The notes beneath the pieces were generated by a model that saw only the letters and a list, made by a program, of their open reading frames with translations, was not told the DNA's origin and did no database searches. Position numbers and translations under genes: made by a program. DNA of 64,000 nucleotides, taken from an uncultured virus (IMG/VR IMGVR_UViG_3300025141_012107) (taxonomy: Duplodnaviria > Heunggongvirae > Uroviricota > Caudoviricetes). Where the stretch lies: IMG/VR virus record IMGVR_UViG_3300025141_012107, one strand, 5' to 3'. This document shows positions 49,559-58,584 of the stretch, one piece after another; within the stretch, counting starts at the first letter, position 1; every line of letters starts with the position of its first letter.

Positions 49559-51603
49559 AAATTGCCCTCATTCAGCTTGATGTCAAAGCTGGAGATCCTG
49601 CTCGCAACGTAAAGCGGATGATCAAGTATATCGATAAAGCCAAAGCAGGCGGCGTCGATATAGTTGCCTTCCCTGAACTTTGCATAGGCGGATATCTCGT
49701 AGGCGATATGTTCAAACACCCATCGTTCTGCCAAGACTTAATGAGCTACAACGAAGATATCCTCAAGGCATCCGAAGGTATCGGAGTCATTTGGGGAAAC
49801 GTCTACATGGACGAAACCAAACGGGGAGAAGACGGCCAACCCATGCTTTTCAATGCCGCCTTCTTCGCCATGGATGGCAAGTACGTTCCGATGGTTGGCG
49901 GATGCGACTTCCTTCCCGGCATCATGTACATCAAGACGCTTCTTCCTAATTATCGGTTCTTCGATGACAAGCGGTACTTCACCAGTTCACTGACATACGC
50001 AAGACATGTAGGATGTAAACTTCCTTCGCTGATTAAACCTTTCTTGTTTGAAGCTCCATCTCAAAAGGGATTGGGACTCAAGCCATATCGAATCGGCTTA
50101 CAGTTGTGCGAAGACCTTTGGTGCGCCGACTATCAAGAAAGAAGAGAGTCCATCAACCCTGCTGGCATATTAACCAAACAAGGCGTTGACCTTATCATCA
50201 ATCTATCTGCCTCTCCTTGGACCATGGGCAAGAATGAAGCCAGGGATCGGCGGATCGCATTCATTGCTAAGGAATGCGGCGATGAATTTGTACCCTACTA
50301 CTATGTTAACGCAACTGGCGCACAGAACAACGGCAAGAACATCGTGACATTTGACGGAGGATCAACCGTCTATGGAAAAGATGGAAAGCCACGATGCCTC
50401 GCATCTGCTAACTTTGAAGAGAGTGACCACACCTATGTTCATGGATGTTTGATCGAGAACTCAAAAAGACTCGACATCATCAATACGCTTCCCGCTGTTC
50501 CAAGGGACAGCGACGAAACTTCGATTGAACAAAAGAAAAACGCTATCGTTCGAGGACTTCGTCACGTTCGCCATATGATGAGGTCCCCAAGCAATCCCAA
50601 TGCGGTCCTCGGTATCAGCGGAGGTATCGACTCTGCCCTTGTTGCCTGCTTGCTTGTTGAAGCTTTTGGCAAAGATAAAGTCATCGGCGTTAATATGCCG
50701 ACTGTCAATAATTCTGAAGAAACCAAAAACGTATTCAATACGTTGGTTGATAATCTGGGCATAGAACATGCGATCATTCCTATTAACGAAGTTGTCAAAC
50801 ATGTAAATCTCGCCCTGCGCATTACAGTGAATTCCAGGATTACTCGTCATCAAAAAGATGGAGAGATCATTCCTCCCATTGTTCAAGAAAACATCCAAGC
50901 CAAGATCCGTTCGACAGACATCCTTTCTAATCTCACCCAATCGATTGGAGAGGACAGAAAACAACCCACGATCTTCACCTGTAACGGCAACAAGGTTGAG
51001 ATCGCTTTGGGTTACGCTACTCTGTACGGAGACTGGGGTGGAGCGGTGGCCCCTATCGGAGATCTGACCAAAGCTGAAGTCTACCAAATGGCTCGTCTGT
51101 ATCAAGCTATACCTCATCAACTTCTTCCGGATGATATTTACAAATTCGGCAAGGGAAAGATTCAACCCAGCGCAGAATTACAACCCCTGGCAAACAAACA
51201 AGTTGATCCCATTAAAGTAGGCTATCATTGTGCTATCATCAGAGAATTGACCAACTATACGATCTCAACGCCTGAGAATCTGGTTGAATGGTGGCTGGAC
51301 GGAACGTTGCATGAAAAGCTGGATATCCCCATCGAGTTGATGAGGCTCCACATGGTTGATGATCCAGTCGTCTTTATTGAAGATCTACAATGGTTAATGA
51401 AAAGAATCAATGGAGCGGTATACAAGAGAGTTCAAAGCCCTCCGATTATCATTACAAGCAAGACGGCTTATGGATATGATCGCCGGGAATCTATTCCTCT
51501 GGGAGTCCCGGTGACTCGCCGTTTTAAACAAGATCTGGTCCCAACTCTGATGGACTGGCCTCGCCGTTATCAGGAAGGTAAAGCTGAGGATCAGAATCAA
51601 TAG
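49555..51603 (+). CDS. nadE: Glutamine-dependent NAD+ synthetase
   Basis: Nitrilase triad FPEL/K/LCEDLW plus LGISGGIDSA, ENIQAKIR, GYATLYGD, PIGDLTK, PSAEL. Confidence 0.95.
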   Translation: MKIALIQLDVKAGDPARNVKRMIKYIDKAKAGGVDIVAFPELCIGGYLVGDMFKHPSFCQDLMSYNEDILKASEGIGVIWGNVYMDETKRGEDGQPMLFNAAFFAMDGKYVPMVGGCDFLPGIMYIKTLLPNYRFFDDKRYFTSSLTYARHVGCKLPSLIKPFLFEAPSQKGLGLKPYRIGLQLCEDLWCADYQERRESINPAGILTKQGVDLIINLSASPWTMGKNEARDRRIAFIAKECGDEFVPYYYVNATGAQNNGKNIVTFDGGSTVYGKDGKPRCLASANFEESDHTYVHGCLIENSKRLDIINTLPAVPRDSDETSIEQKKNAIVRGLRHVRHMMRSPSNPNAVLGISGGIDSALVACLLVEAFGKDKVIGVNMPTVNNSEETKNVFNTLVDNLGIEHAIIPINEVVKHVNLALRITVNSRITRHQKDGEIIPPIVQENIQAKIRSTDILSNLTQSIGEDRKQPTIFTCNGNKVEIALGYATLYGDWGGAVAPIGDLTKAEVYQMARLYQAIPHQLLPDDIYKFGKGKIQPSAELQPLANKQVDPIKVGYHCAIIRELTNYTISTPENLVEWWLDGTLHEKLDIPIELMRLHMVDDPVVFIEDLQWLMKRINGAVYKRVQSPPIIITSKTAYGYDRRESIPLGVPVTRRFKQDLVPTLMDWPRRYQEGKAEDQNQ

Positions 51604-51907
51604 CGTTGAGAAACTCAACTATTGTCCAAGTGACTCCTAAAACAGCAAATCCGGATATGGGCCACAAGAAATAGAAGCCCGAACAGGCATATAGGATAGA
51701 ATCGACTATCAGAGCCGCCCAGAATGAGGAACAGACCGTACAATCCAGCATTCTGGGCAATTTCCAATGAAGCTTATGAAGGGCTATTTTAAGCCTTAGT
51801 TTTATAGGTCGAATAGGCCATTCAGAGCCCTTCTCAGCGATTGCTATAGCTAACCCATAAGATGCCATCATGGATATGATGAAATAGATTAGGAGCGATC
51901 CTAGCAT
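51524..51907 (-). CDS. Membrane protein, DUF1360-like
   Basis: Hydrophobic segments and LDCTVCSSFW motif; 3' end overlaps nadE convergently. Confidence 0.6.
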   Translation of the reverse strand: MLGSLLIYFIISMMASYGLAIAIAEKGSEWPIRPIKLRLKIALHKLHWKLPRMLDCTVCSSFWAALIVDSILYACSGFYFLWPISGFAVLGVTWTIVEFLNAIDSDPQLYLPDNGEASPSELGPDLV

Positions 51908-51909
51908 GG

Positions 51910-52221
51910 TTACAGCCCCTTCTCCTTAAGCCTCTTCTGTACAACCTCCCATTTAGAGGGCTTTTTCTTATCTTCTTTCCTCTGAGACGACAATTTCTGG
52001 TATCGATGCATGGCGAGCATCAATCTAGTAGCGTCTTCTCCTGTCCCGCCATTTTCAAAAGGAAATAACTCAAACCACCCCCAAGATTCCAAAAACTTGT
52101 ACAACTCAAGTTCGTCTTTATCCAACCTATGAGCGGGAGAAGAAGCCGCCAGGCACATGCGATGGTACACGCCTTCTGCCCAGTCTTTGACGATGTTTTT
52201 TAGTTTATCTTTCTTTGCCAT
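51910..52221 (-). CDS. Hypothetical protein
   Basis: 103-aa ORF with AGGTG RBS. Confidence 0.7.
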   Translation of the reverse strand: MAKKDKLKNIVKDWAEGVYHRMCLAASSPAHRLDKDELELYKFLESWGWFELFPFENGGTGEDATRLMLAMHRYQKLSSQRKEDKKKPSKWEVVQKRLKEKGL

Positions 52222-52296
52222 GTCTACACCTAACTTTATCGGAGTTCAAGCGTCAAAAACTAAAGGATAAAAACGTTCACAATCGAAAGTACAGGT

Positions 52297-53001
52297 ATGA
52301 ATTGGTATAAACAGGCTAGTTTCGACGAATTCGTGCAAGCTCTTAAATTCTTAGGGATTGCGGTTCCTGCAACGCTTTTAATGGTTGTTCTTACCCAAAG
52401 TTTTGGAGGCAAAGAAGAAGCTATACAAGCTATCCAAAAAGATCCACAAGCCGCTGCCCAAGTAGTCCAACAAGAAATGCAACAAAATCCCCCCACCCAA
52501 ATCGAACAAAAACTGATTCAGCCTGAACCTAAGCCACAGCCAGAACCTAAAAAAAAGATCTCTGAAGATGAGAACTTTGTAGCCAGAGTAATCTTTTCTG
52601 AAGCTGCCGGAACTAGCAAAAAAGAAAGAGAACTAGTTGCCGCCAGTATGATCAACAGAATGAACCACCCAGGATTCGGTAGAGGAAAACTCTCTTCCAT
52701 GAGAGATGTAGCTGAACAACCCAAAGCTTACTCAGCCATTAATGGCAACAAGCTGTGGTATAGATCTGAACATCCAGAACAATTCGAGTATCAACCAGAA
52801 ATTGATGCTTGGGAACACTCTTTACAACTCGCTACCGGAGGAGCTAGACCTTTGAATGGTCCTTCTGGTAATCCCATTGTATATTACCATGACGAAAGAG
52901 TCGATAAGCCTAGTAGTTGGGACAACAGTTGGTGGAATGCGAACTTGGAAATAGAAACGGATCAGTTCAAATTCTACAGTGTAACTCCTAATAGGAATTG
53001 A
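52297..53001 (+). CDS. SleB/Hydrolase_2-family cell wall hydrolase with MNWYK tag
   Basis: VARVIFSEAAG, VA..MINR, VAEQPKAYS, YYH, FKFY; N-terminal hydrophobic segment and Q/P linker. Confidence 0.85.
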   Translation: MNWYKQASFDEFVQALKFLGIAVPATLLMVVLTQSFGGKEEAIQAIQKDPQAAAQVVQQEMQQNPPTQIEQKLIQPEPKPQPEPKKKISEDENFVARVIFSEAAGTSKKERELVAASMINRMNHPGFGRGKLSSMRDVAEQPKAYSAINGNKLWYRSEHPEQFEYQPEIDAWEHSLQLATGGARPLNGPSGNPIVYYHDERVDKPSSWDNSWWNANLEIETDQFKFYSVTPNRN

Positions 53002-53008
53002 ATTCAAC

Positions 53009-53260
53009 ATGCCATGTGGATGTCGTCGCAAAAGCATAAAACAAAAAAACAAAACCATCAAAGCCAAAAAGCAAGAGGTGGAGTTTGAGACCCTGAAGCA
53101 ACGCTTCAACGCCTGCAATGCTTGCAAATATGCGACAGACAAACATTACAAAGTAAAGACACTAACCAGGCGAAGCAAATGTAGAAAAACAGGTGAATTG
53201 ATTTCCGTCAAAGCCAAAAAGAGGAAGCAGTCCTGTCCAATAAACAAGTGGCCTAAGTAA
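53009..53260 (+). CDS. Small basic Cys-rich protein
   Basis: MPCGC..R..ACNAC..KC..SCPINKW. Confidence 0.7.
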   Translation: MPCGCRRKSIKQKNKTIKAKKQEVEFETLKQRFNACNACKYATDKHYKVKTLTRRSKCRKTGELISVKAKKRKQSCPINKWPK

Positions 53261-53320
53261 CTCGTTGCCAAATAGATTTCTTTTCAGACGTCGAGGTATG
53301 GCTCTGGGGACGGCGTGAAC

Positions 53321-53956
53321 TTAACTGTTTCTTTTTTGACCATTCTCCCCACTTTGTTCATTTCTACTCTCCAAATCGAGATGAGGCTCTCTTGCGATTA
53401 TGTTTCCGACATCCACAATAGCCCCCAAAGATGTTGTTATTGTTCCGTTCTTATCACATTTTTCGTATTTTGCGTTCAGAACCTTTCCAGAACAATCGAT
53501 AATAGGGGACCAATCCCCATCAACCTTTAGCATGTAGTCCGCAAGTCTTTTTACTTCTACATCAACAGAGTATTTTATTCTTTTGGCCTTATCGAAGACT
53601 CTAATAGCCACTCCGGTCTTTATCTTGACATTAGCTTCTCTGATCTTTGCTAATACGTCGTATAGATTCTTGACCCCAAACGCCTCTATGCCATCTTTTG
53701 CCAAAAATGCAAAACCTATATCATCTCCAGGCACCAAGTACTCCATAGACGACAAGGCACTTTCAGGTTTTCCAAAGCTGTCGTTGTCCCAGTATTTTAC
53801 ATTTTCTACTACATGTTTTATAAAAGATATGCTGGTGAGATCAAGGCAGATACTTTCCTTGTATCCTATGCGGATCATGTGGCTTTCCATTTTCGCCACA
53901 CCATGATGATGAGAAGTTTTTGGAGGATTAGATGGATCAAAAACGTATAATGCCAT
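53321..53956 (-). CDS. Hypothetical protein
   Basis: 211-aa ORF in operon. Confidence 0.7.
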   Translation of the reverse strand: MALYVFDPSNPPKTSHHHGVAKMESHMIRIGYKESICLDLTSISFIKHVVENVKYWDNDSFGKPESALSSMEYLVPGDDIGFAFLAKDGIEAFGVKNLYDVLAKIREANVKIKTGVAIRVFDKAKRIKYSVDVEVKRLADYMLKVDGDWSPIIDCSGKVLNAKYEKCDKNGTITTSLGAIVDVGNIIAREPHLDLESRNEQSGENGQKRNS

Positions 53957-53958
53957 AT

Positions 53959-54378
53959 TTACAGATCCAAGAAATTGAATCGGCTCATTTCTTCTGGTTC
54001 CTCTTCCTTTTCAGGAAGAGATTTGTTAGAGCCTTTTTTGCGAGGTGATTTTTTACGAGGCGTTTTAGCTCCAGCCTTTCCGGCTGCCTTCTTTTTCTTT
54101 TTCGTTATCTTTTTCACGCTCTGATCTTTAGCTTCCGAATAGATAAGTCCAACGAGAGACCCAACCGTCGTCGAGTTCGCCCCGCAAAACATAAGTATGT
54201 CGTTATCGCTCTCTTCCAGAGTAACGCCTATCTGATCTTCTAGTTTCATAATTAATTCAAGCACGTTTACGTCGTCAATCAACTCTGCAACCTTCATATC
54301 AACGTCTGGCATGATACCAGAATAGTCTCGTATACAAAGCTTGATGATTTGCTCGATTTGCCTATAGAGTGGATTCAT
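53959..54378 (-). CDS. Acyl-carrier-protein-like fold with basic tail, lacking the attachment Ser
   Basis: ELIDDVNVLELIMKLEDQIGVTL...TTVGSLV matches the ACP helix II-IV pattern; DSL replaced by DDV. Confidence 0.6.
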   Translation of the reverse strand: MNPLYRQIEQIIKLCIRDYSGIMPDVDMKVAELIDDVNVLELIMKLEDQIGVTLEESDNDILMFCGANSTTVGSLVGLIYSEAKDQSVKKITKKKKKAAGKAGAKTPRKKSPRKKGSNKSLPEKEEEPEEMSRFNFLDL

Positions 54379-54728
54379 TATTCCTCACCTATCTCGTTCC
54401 CGTCTTCCAGCACAACGATTGTAGGATCTGTATTTCCTGCTTCTTTCCATGGAACCAAAGCGAATGCCATGATGATAACATGCTGACCGATCTCAACCTT
54501 TTGAGCGGCAGCACCATTGATGAAGATTGCGGTTTGGTCGCCCTCCGGTATGACGTAAGTTTCAAACCTTTCACCGGTTTCTATGACTGCTACAAGAACT
54601 TTTTGATATGGTAGAATGTGGGAAGCATCCAGTATGGCTTGTCCTATACCTATGCTTCCTTCATAGTACGGAAATATTCCGGAGACCTCTGCTCCATGAA
54701 TTTTGCTCTTGAGCATCTCTACTTGCAT
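54378..54728 (-). CDS. panD: Aspartate 1-decarboxylase
   Basis: MLKSKIH.A.V, YEGSI self-cleavage site, GERFETYVI, INGAAA. Confidence 0.93.
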   Translation of the reverse strand: MQVEMLKSKIHGAEVSGIFPYYEGSIGIGQAILDASHILPYQKVLVAVIETGERFETYVIPEGDQTAIFINGAAAQKVEIGQHVIIMAFALVPWKEAGNTDPTIVVLEDGNEIGEE

Positions 54729-54761
54729 GGCTATATCCTTACGGCTTGCCAGCTTCTTCGT

Positions 54762-54926
54762 CTATATTTGACACTTTTCTGCTACGACATCCTGTTCTTC
54801 TTCAGACATGTCGCCCCAACAATCGTCCATGCGATCTCTTATTTCATCGCCAGAGGGATCGTCGTCCGATTTGTTGTCCAACAACTTGAAAAGTCGTATG
54901 TATTCTTTTTGATTATCATTCATCAT
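54762..54926 (-). CDS. Small acidic hypothetical protein (54 aa, below ORF-track cutoff)
   Basis: MMNDNQKEYIRLFKLLD...EIRDRMDDCWGDMSEEEQD; AAGGGA RBS. Confidence 0.55.
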   Translation of the reverse strand: MMNDNQKEYIRLFKLLDNKSDDDPSGDEIRDRMDDCWGDMSEEEQDVVAEKCQI

Positions 54927-54946
54927 AAATTCCCTTAGTTTTAAAG

Positions 54947-55037
54947 CGGAGACGCTGGGATTCGAACCCAGGAAGGAGCAATTCAGCCCCTTAATTGATT
55001 AGCAGTCAATCGCCTTCAACCACTCGGCCACATCTCC
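54947..55037 (-). tRNA. tRNA-Ser(GCT)
   Basis: Cloverleaf; ATTGA-CTGCTAA-TCAAT; long variable arm; GGTTCGAATCC; no encoded CCA. Confidence 0.93.
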
Positions 55038-55086
55038 TAATTTACCTATCGTCATGAAATGAATTTTACCAGACATGTAAACACAA

Positions 55087-55177
55087 AGGAAGGTAAGGGA
55101 ATCGAACCCTCGGACCCCATTTCTAGGACCACTGGTTTTCCAAACCAGCACGACTAACCAACATCCGTCTACCTTCC
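55087..55177 (-). tRNA. tRNA-Ser(GGA)
   Basis: CTGGT-TTGGAAA-ACCAG; long variable arm; discriminator T. Confidence 0.88.
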
Positions 55178-55185
55178 AAGTAGAA

Positions 55186-55279
55186 AGGAAGGTAAGGGGA
55201 TCGAACCCTTGTAACCCCTTGTTCAGGGGTTAACTGGTTTTCGAAACCAGCGCAACAAACCAACATTTGCCTACCTTCC
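55186..55279 (-). tRNA. tRNA-Ser(CGA)
   Basis: CTGGT-TTCGAAA-ACCAG; paralogue of the GGA tRNA; discriminator T. Confidence 0.88.
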
Positions 55280-55296
55280 AAGTTTTTCCAAACAAG

Positions 55297-55354
55297 AGGA
55301 GAGTATGGGATTCGTTACGGTTGCTTCGTTTTCCGAAGCTGTTCATAACTCTCC
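55297..55354 (-). pseudogene. Internally deleted tRNA remnant / mini tRNA-like hairpin
   Basis: Acceptor strands GGAGAGT/ACTCTCC and half T-arm CGAATCCCAT retained; interior is a single GCTTCG/CGAAGC hairpin. Confidence 0.55.
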
Positions 55355-55358
55355 TAAG

Positions 55359-55445
55359 CGGAAGGGACAGGAATCGAACCTGCATCACGCTTCTAACGTG
55401 AAACCGTTTTCAAGACGGCTTAGCCCGCCAATAGCAAGCCCTTCC
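55359..55445 (-). tRNA. tRNA-Ser(TGA)
   Basis: GCCGT-CTTGAAA-ACGGT; long variable arm; atypical D-arm. Confidence 0.85.
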
Positions 55446-55530
55446 TAAATATCTGTCGGGAATCCACGCTACTTGAGACCATCTGCCCTTTTTTCAAAAA
55501 GCATTGTTTGTAGTAAATTTCCTTGGCCAC

Positions 55531-55857
55531 CTACTGCCCCCATCTCATTGCCAACATTCCTGCTACTACCAAACCCAAACCTGTCCATTGCCATCCGCTG
55601 AACTTGTCTCCCGCTCCCAAATAAAGCATAGTCAACGGAAAGACAAGAAAGATTATACTATCAAAAAGAAGCCCGTCAAACAACTGCCTCTTTGAAATAA
55701 TAGATATCAACACCCACCATTGACCTAAGGCTCCCCAAAGGAAAGCCGTCCATGCCCAGAGATGTCCGCCGTCCTGATTCAGCCTAAAGGTGAAGTAGTA
55801 GTAGACGGAATACCAAACAGCTATGCATGGGACCCACCATAAATAATGATACCACAT
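55531..55857 (-). CDS. Small four-helix membrane protein (DMT/EamA-like)
   Basis: Four hydrophobic segments; GDKFSGWQWTGLGLVVAG; GGAG RBS. Confidence 0.7.
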   Translation of the reverse strand: MWYHYLWWVPCIAVWYSVYYYFTFRLNQDGGHLWAWTAFLWGALGQWWVLISIISKRQLFDGLLFDSIIFLVFPLTMLYLGAGDKFSGWQWTGLGLVVAGMLAMRWGQ

Positions 55858-55894
55858 TTTGTTTCATCTCCGCCTCCTGTCGCTGCTTCAAAAA

Positions 55895-55938
55895 GGAAGG
55901 TAAGGGAATCAAACCCTTGGACCCCATTTCTAGGACCA
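55895..55938 (-). repeat. Truncated 3'-half copy of tRNA-Ser(GGA)
   Basis: 44 nt matching 55088-55131 with two substitutions. Confidence 0.85.
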
Positions 55939-55958
55939 TTCGCTTCCTGTTATTTAAG

Positions 55959-56050
55959 CGGATAGGGAGGGATTCGAACCCTCAGATCATCAAAGACGAC
56001 CCCCTGATTAGCAATCAGGTGTCCCGCACCAGTGGGAATCCAGCCTATCC
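55959..56050 (-). tRNA. Second tRNA-Ser(GCT), atypical D region
   Basis: CCTGA-TTGCTAA-TCAGG; long variable arm; GGTTCGAATCC. Confidence 0.8.
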
Positions 56051-56142
56051 AAATTTACTTTAGTAAAAACTCCATCTTTTATCATTTTACCTTCATCACT
56101 ACCTTCCGTTATGGCCCGAAGGGCCACTTTTTGTTTATTCAA

Positions 56143-56940
56143 TTACTTGTCGTCATCTTCCTTTTTATTATCAACTACCGCCTTAAGTTTGTCAAGTGTT
56201 GCTTGAGCAACATCTTGGTCATCGTCCTGATCGTCGTCAAGCAGATGGTCGATCTTCGATGCCGCAATATCTGCTCCGGCATCATACAGGGCAGCTTTCG
56301 TACCGACATATGACCCTCTGGACATGGATATATCGGCGAATGCCCGCCGAGTACCGACCTGATCCCCCTTATAGGCCATGGTATTGCCTTGCGGGATATT
56401 CAGTCGATCAGCCGTAACAACAACATCGTGATTCGCCCCGATATAAGTAAACGTCCAGGTTCCATCCTGTTGCAGGTGCTTGAGAAGATCCGCAACCTGA
56501 TTGCCATTGTACTCTCTCGAAGCATTTTCTTCGCCATCTGTCAGGATAGTAACCATCACTTCAACGTTGATTTTCTCGTCCTGAAGTTCTTCGTCGATCT
56601 CTGCTTTCAGACGATTACAGCTTTGCCCAATGGCATCGTAAAGAGCCGTCGTACTTTCGGGAGCATACTGTTCAGCGGTCAATGGTTCGATGACATCGAC
56701 GCCTTCTTTCCAGTGGATTGATTCGACCGAACTGTTGAAAGTTATCAGGCAATAACGATGCTCTTGATTCGGGTTCTCTCTTTGCAGTTTCTGGATGGTT
56801 GTGACATTTTCGTTAAAGCCATTGACTGTTGGCTTTATTACTGAACTCATCGAAGCACTACGATCTAATATGATCAGATGATAGAACTTGATGGGGATGT
56901 TCTTGTCTCGCCCACCGACATCTAGGTTAGGGTTGGGCAT
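56143..56940 (-). CDS. von Willebrand factor A domain protein
   Basis: ILDRSASM MIDAS, TALYDAIG, ILTDGEENAS, FTYIGAN. Confidence 0.92.
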   Translation of the reverse strand: MPNPNLDVGGRDKNIPIKFYHLIILDRSASMSSVIKPTVNGFNENVTTIQKLQRENPNQEHRYCLITFNSSVESIHWKEGVDVIEPLTAEQYAPESTTALYDAIGQSCNRLKAEIDEELQDEKINVEVMVTILTDGEENASREYNGNQVADLLKHLQQDGTWTFTYIGANHDVVVTADRLNIPQGNTMAYKGDQVGTRRAFADISMSRGSYVGTKAALYDAGADIAASKIDHLLDDDQDDDQDVAQATLDKLKAVVDNKKEDDDK

Positions 56941-56998
56941 AATTTGGTTCCTTTCTTATGGTAATTGTAAACTAAACACAAACACTGAACCAAAAGAC

Positions 56999-57529
56999 CT
57001 ACTCACTCTCATTTGTCTTTGGTTCTTGGTTATCTAATCTCATCGCTTCTGGAGAAAACTGATCATAAACGTTGATTCCTGCTGATTCCAATTCTTTCAC
57101 AATGATATATGCAGCAAGTTCGTATTTATCTTTCAAGCTCCCCTTGTTGAGGTCTCGAAGATTATGGTTGATATCGGCTATCTTAACCAATGAGGCAGGA
57201 ACGTTCGTCCTCAACCTCATGATGAAATCAAAGTAGCTTTCATCCTCATCTTTCCTTCTAGTCAGACAATCAACTGCTTCAACGATTGCCATTGGGAATC
57301 CCTCTTGCCGCAAATCTACAAGAGTATATTCGCTATCCTCAACAACGTCATGCAACCATGCCACAACCTTATATAGAGGAGGAAGGACAGAATCTGCTAC
57401 TGCCTTGGGGTGAGTAATGTATGGCTGACCTCCCCACCTTGTTTGGCCATAATGAGCCTCTGTAGCGATTTTCTCGGCCTTTTCAATCAGTCCATCAATC
57501 GATTCCATCGGATCCATGATCATTCCCAA
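56999..57529 (-). CDS. HD-domain hydrolase, RelA/SpoT small alarmone hydrolase (Mesh1)-like
   Basis: AH.GQTR..G.PYITHP, AWLHDVVED, VKIADINHN. Confidence 0.88.
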   Translation of the reverse strand: MGMIMDPMESIDGLIEKAEKIATEAHYGQTRWGGQPYITHPKAVADSVLPPLYKVVAWLHDVVEDSEYTLVDLRQEGFPMAIVEAVDCLTRRKDEDESYFDFIMRLRTNVPASLVKIADINHNLRDLNKGSLKDKYELAAYIIVKELESAGINVYDQFSPEAMRLDNQEPKTNESE

Positions 57530-57737
57530 CTAGATTCTTCTTTCCCAAAAGATAGCCACCATTCTTATGTTCGACATAAAGCATGATGATTGTAGCAAAA
57601 ATCCATACACTCCATGACCAAATCGACAATTCGTAAATGACGATGATCAGTAACGAAATGACCCATAACATAGAAATCAAGTTATGGATACCCCTGTATA
57701 TCGAACTGTAATCAGGAGTCACTTTCTTCGTCGTCAT
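57495..57737 (-). CDS. Small membrane protein
   Basis: Two hydrophobic segments; overlaps neighbours. Confidence 0.55.
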   Translation of the reverse strand: MTTKKVTPDYSSIYRGIHNLISMLWVISLLIIVIYELSIWSWSVWIFATIIMLYVEHKNGGYLLGKKNLVGNDHGSDGID

Positions 57738-58494
57738 CTTCTTGTCTTTTCTTCAATTCATCTCGGAGTTCTTCCCAAGGTCTGACTTGGCGATTATACT
57801 CTTCGGGATCGTTCTCCTTCATTTCCTTCAACTCTTCCACTTGTCCCGTCAGGTCTTCGAGTTTTTCGTCTCGATTTTCCGGGTATCCGTAGAAGGTAAT
57901 GTCGTCCAAAATGGCACCGAAAACATCATATACAGTATAGCATGTTTCCGTTTTTATCGCAACCAAGTCCTCGGCTTTGAGAGATCTTTTTCCGTCGCTG
58001 TCCTTGGAGTAGTCCCTGATCTCCAGTTCCTTGTCCAATCTAACAGGATAATCCCTAAGCTCGCAGAGAGGCGAGAAGCTAAGCGAGACCCCACAGGTTT
58101 CTCCGGGCTTGTAGCCGTCCACGCTGCCGTCTGTATTGACGCCATGGAAGTCGGTCCAGTATTCGAACGCCTTCCCATACTTGCCGTAATCCCAATGCTC
58201 GGCAACCCGGTATATCTCGATGTATTCAATGGTCGGGTTCGTCTTGGTTCTCAACGGAACCTGATCCATATCATCGAGAAAAGGTTGGATAGAAAAACCC
58301 CCCAACTGAACATGGAAAACCTTCTCGTAGAATTCTATGTCCTGGCGAAGATGGCTCATCAGTTCTCCGAAGGTGATTTCTTCGGCAAACTCGATGACTT
58401 CGCCAAGGTAGTGGGTGAGAGAATCTACGACATCGTAGTCTCTGCTCTTGTCTGCATGTTCGAGAACGATGCAGTCCTTGTACAGTTTAATCAT
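57712..58494 (-). CDS. Hypothetical acidic protein
   Basis: 260 aa, AGGAG RBS, sigma70 promoter upstream. Confidence 0.8.
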   Translation of the reverse strand: MIKLYKDCIVLEHADKSRDYDVVDSLTHYLGEVIEFAEEITFGELMSHLRQDIEFYEKVFHVQLGGFSIQPFLDDMDQVPLRTKTNPTIEYIEIYRVAEHWDYGKYGKAFEYWTDFHGVNTDGSVDGYKPGETCGVSLSFSPLCELRDYPVRLDKELEIRDYSKDSDGKRSLKAEDLVAIKTETCYTVYDVFGAILDDITFYGYPENRDEKLEDLTGQVEELKEMKENDPEEYNRQVRPWEELRDELKKRQEDDDEESDS

Positions 58495-58584
58495 GGTCGG
58501 ACTCCTGTTGTAAGTTACCTACATAAACATCGGTAACCTCCAACAGGAATCCTCAAAATGGAGATTTGCCTTTTCATGATTAAT

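Noticed and set aside
54729..54764. TAG of the small 54-aa ORF is in frame with the panD start (possible read-through fusion)
   Set aside because: panD has its own AAGGA RBS and a typical N-terminus; in-frame spacing is expected by chance one time in three.
55359..55445. Possible selenocysteine or opal-suppressor tRNA
   Set aside because: The anticodon reads TGA (decodes TCA, Ser), not TCA; the acceptor stem is 7 bp.
57742..58536. 264-aa + strand ORF (and similar antisense ORFs at 13581-14186, 16117-16884, 50461-51165)
   Set aside because: Antisense shadows of well-supported genes.
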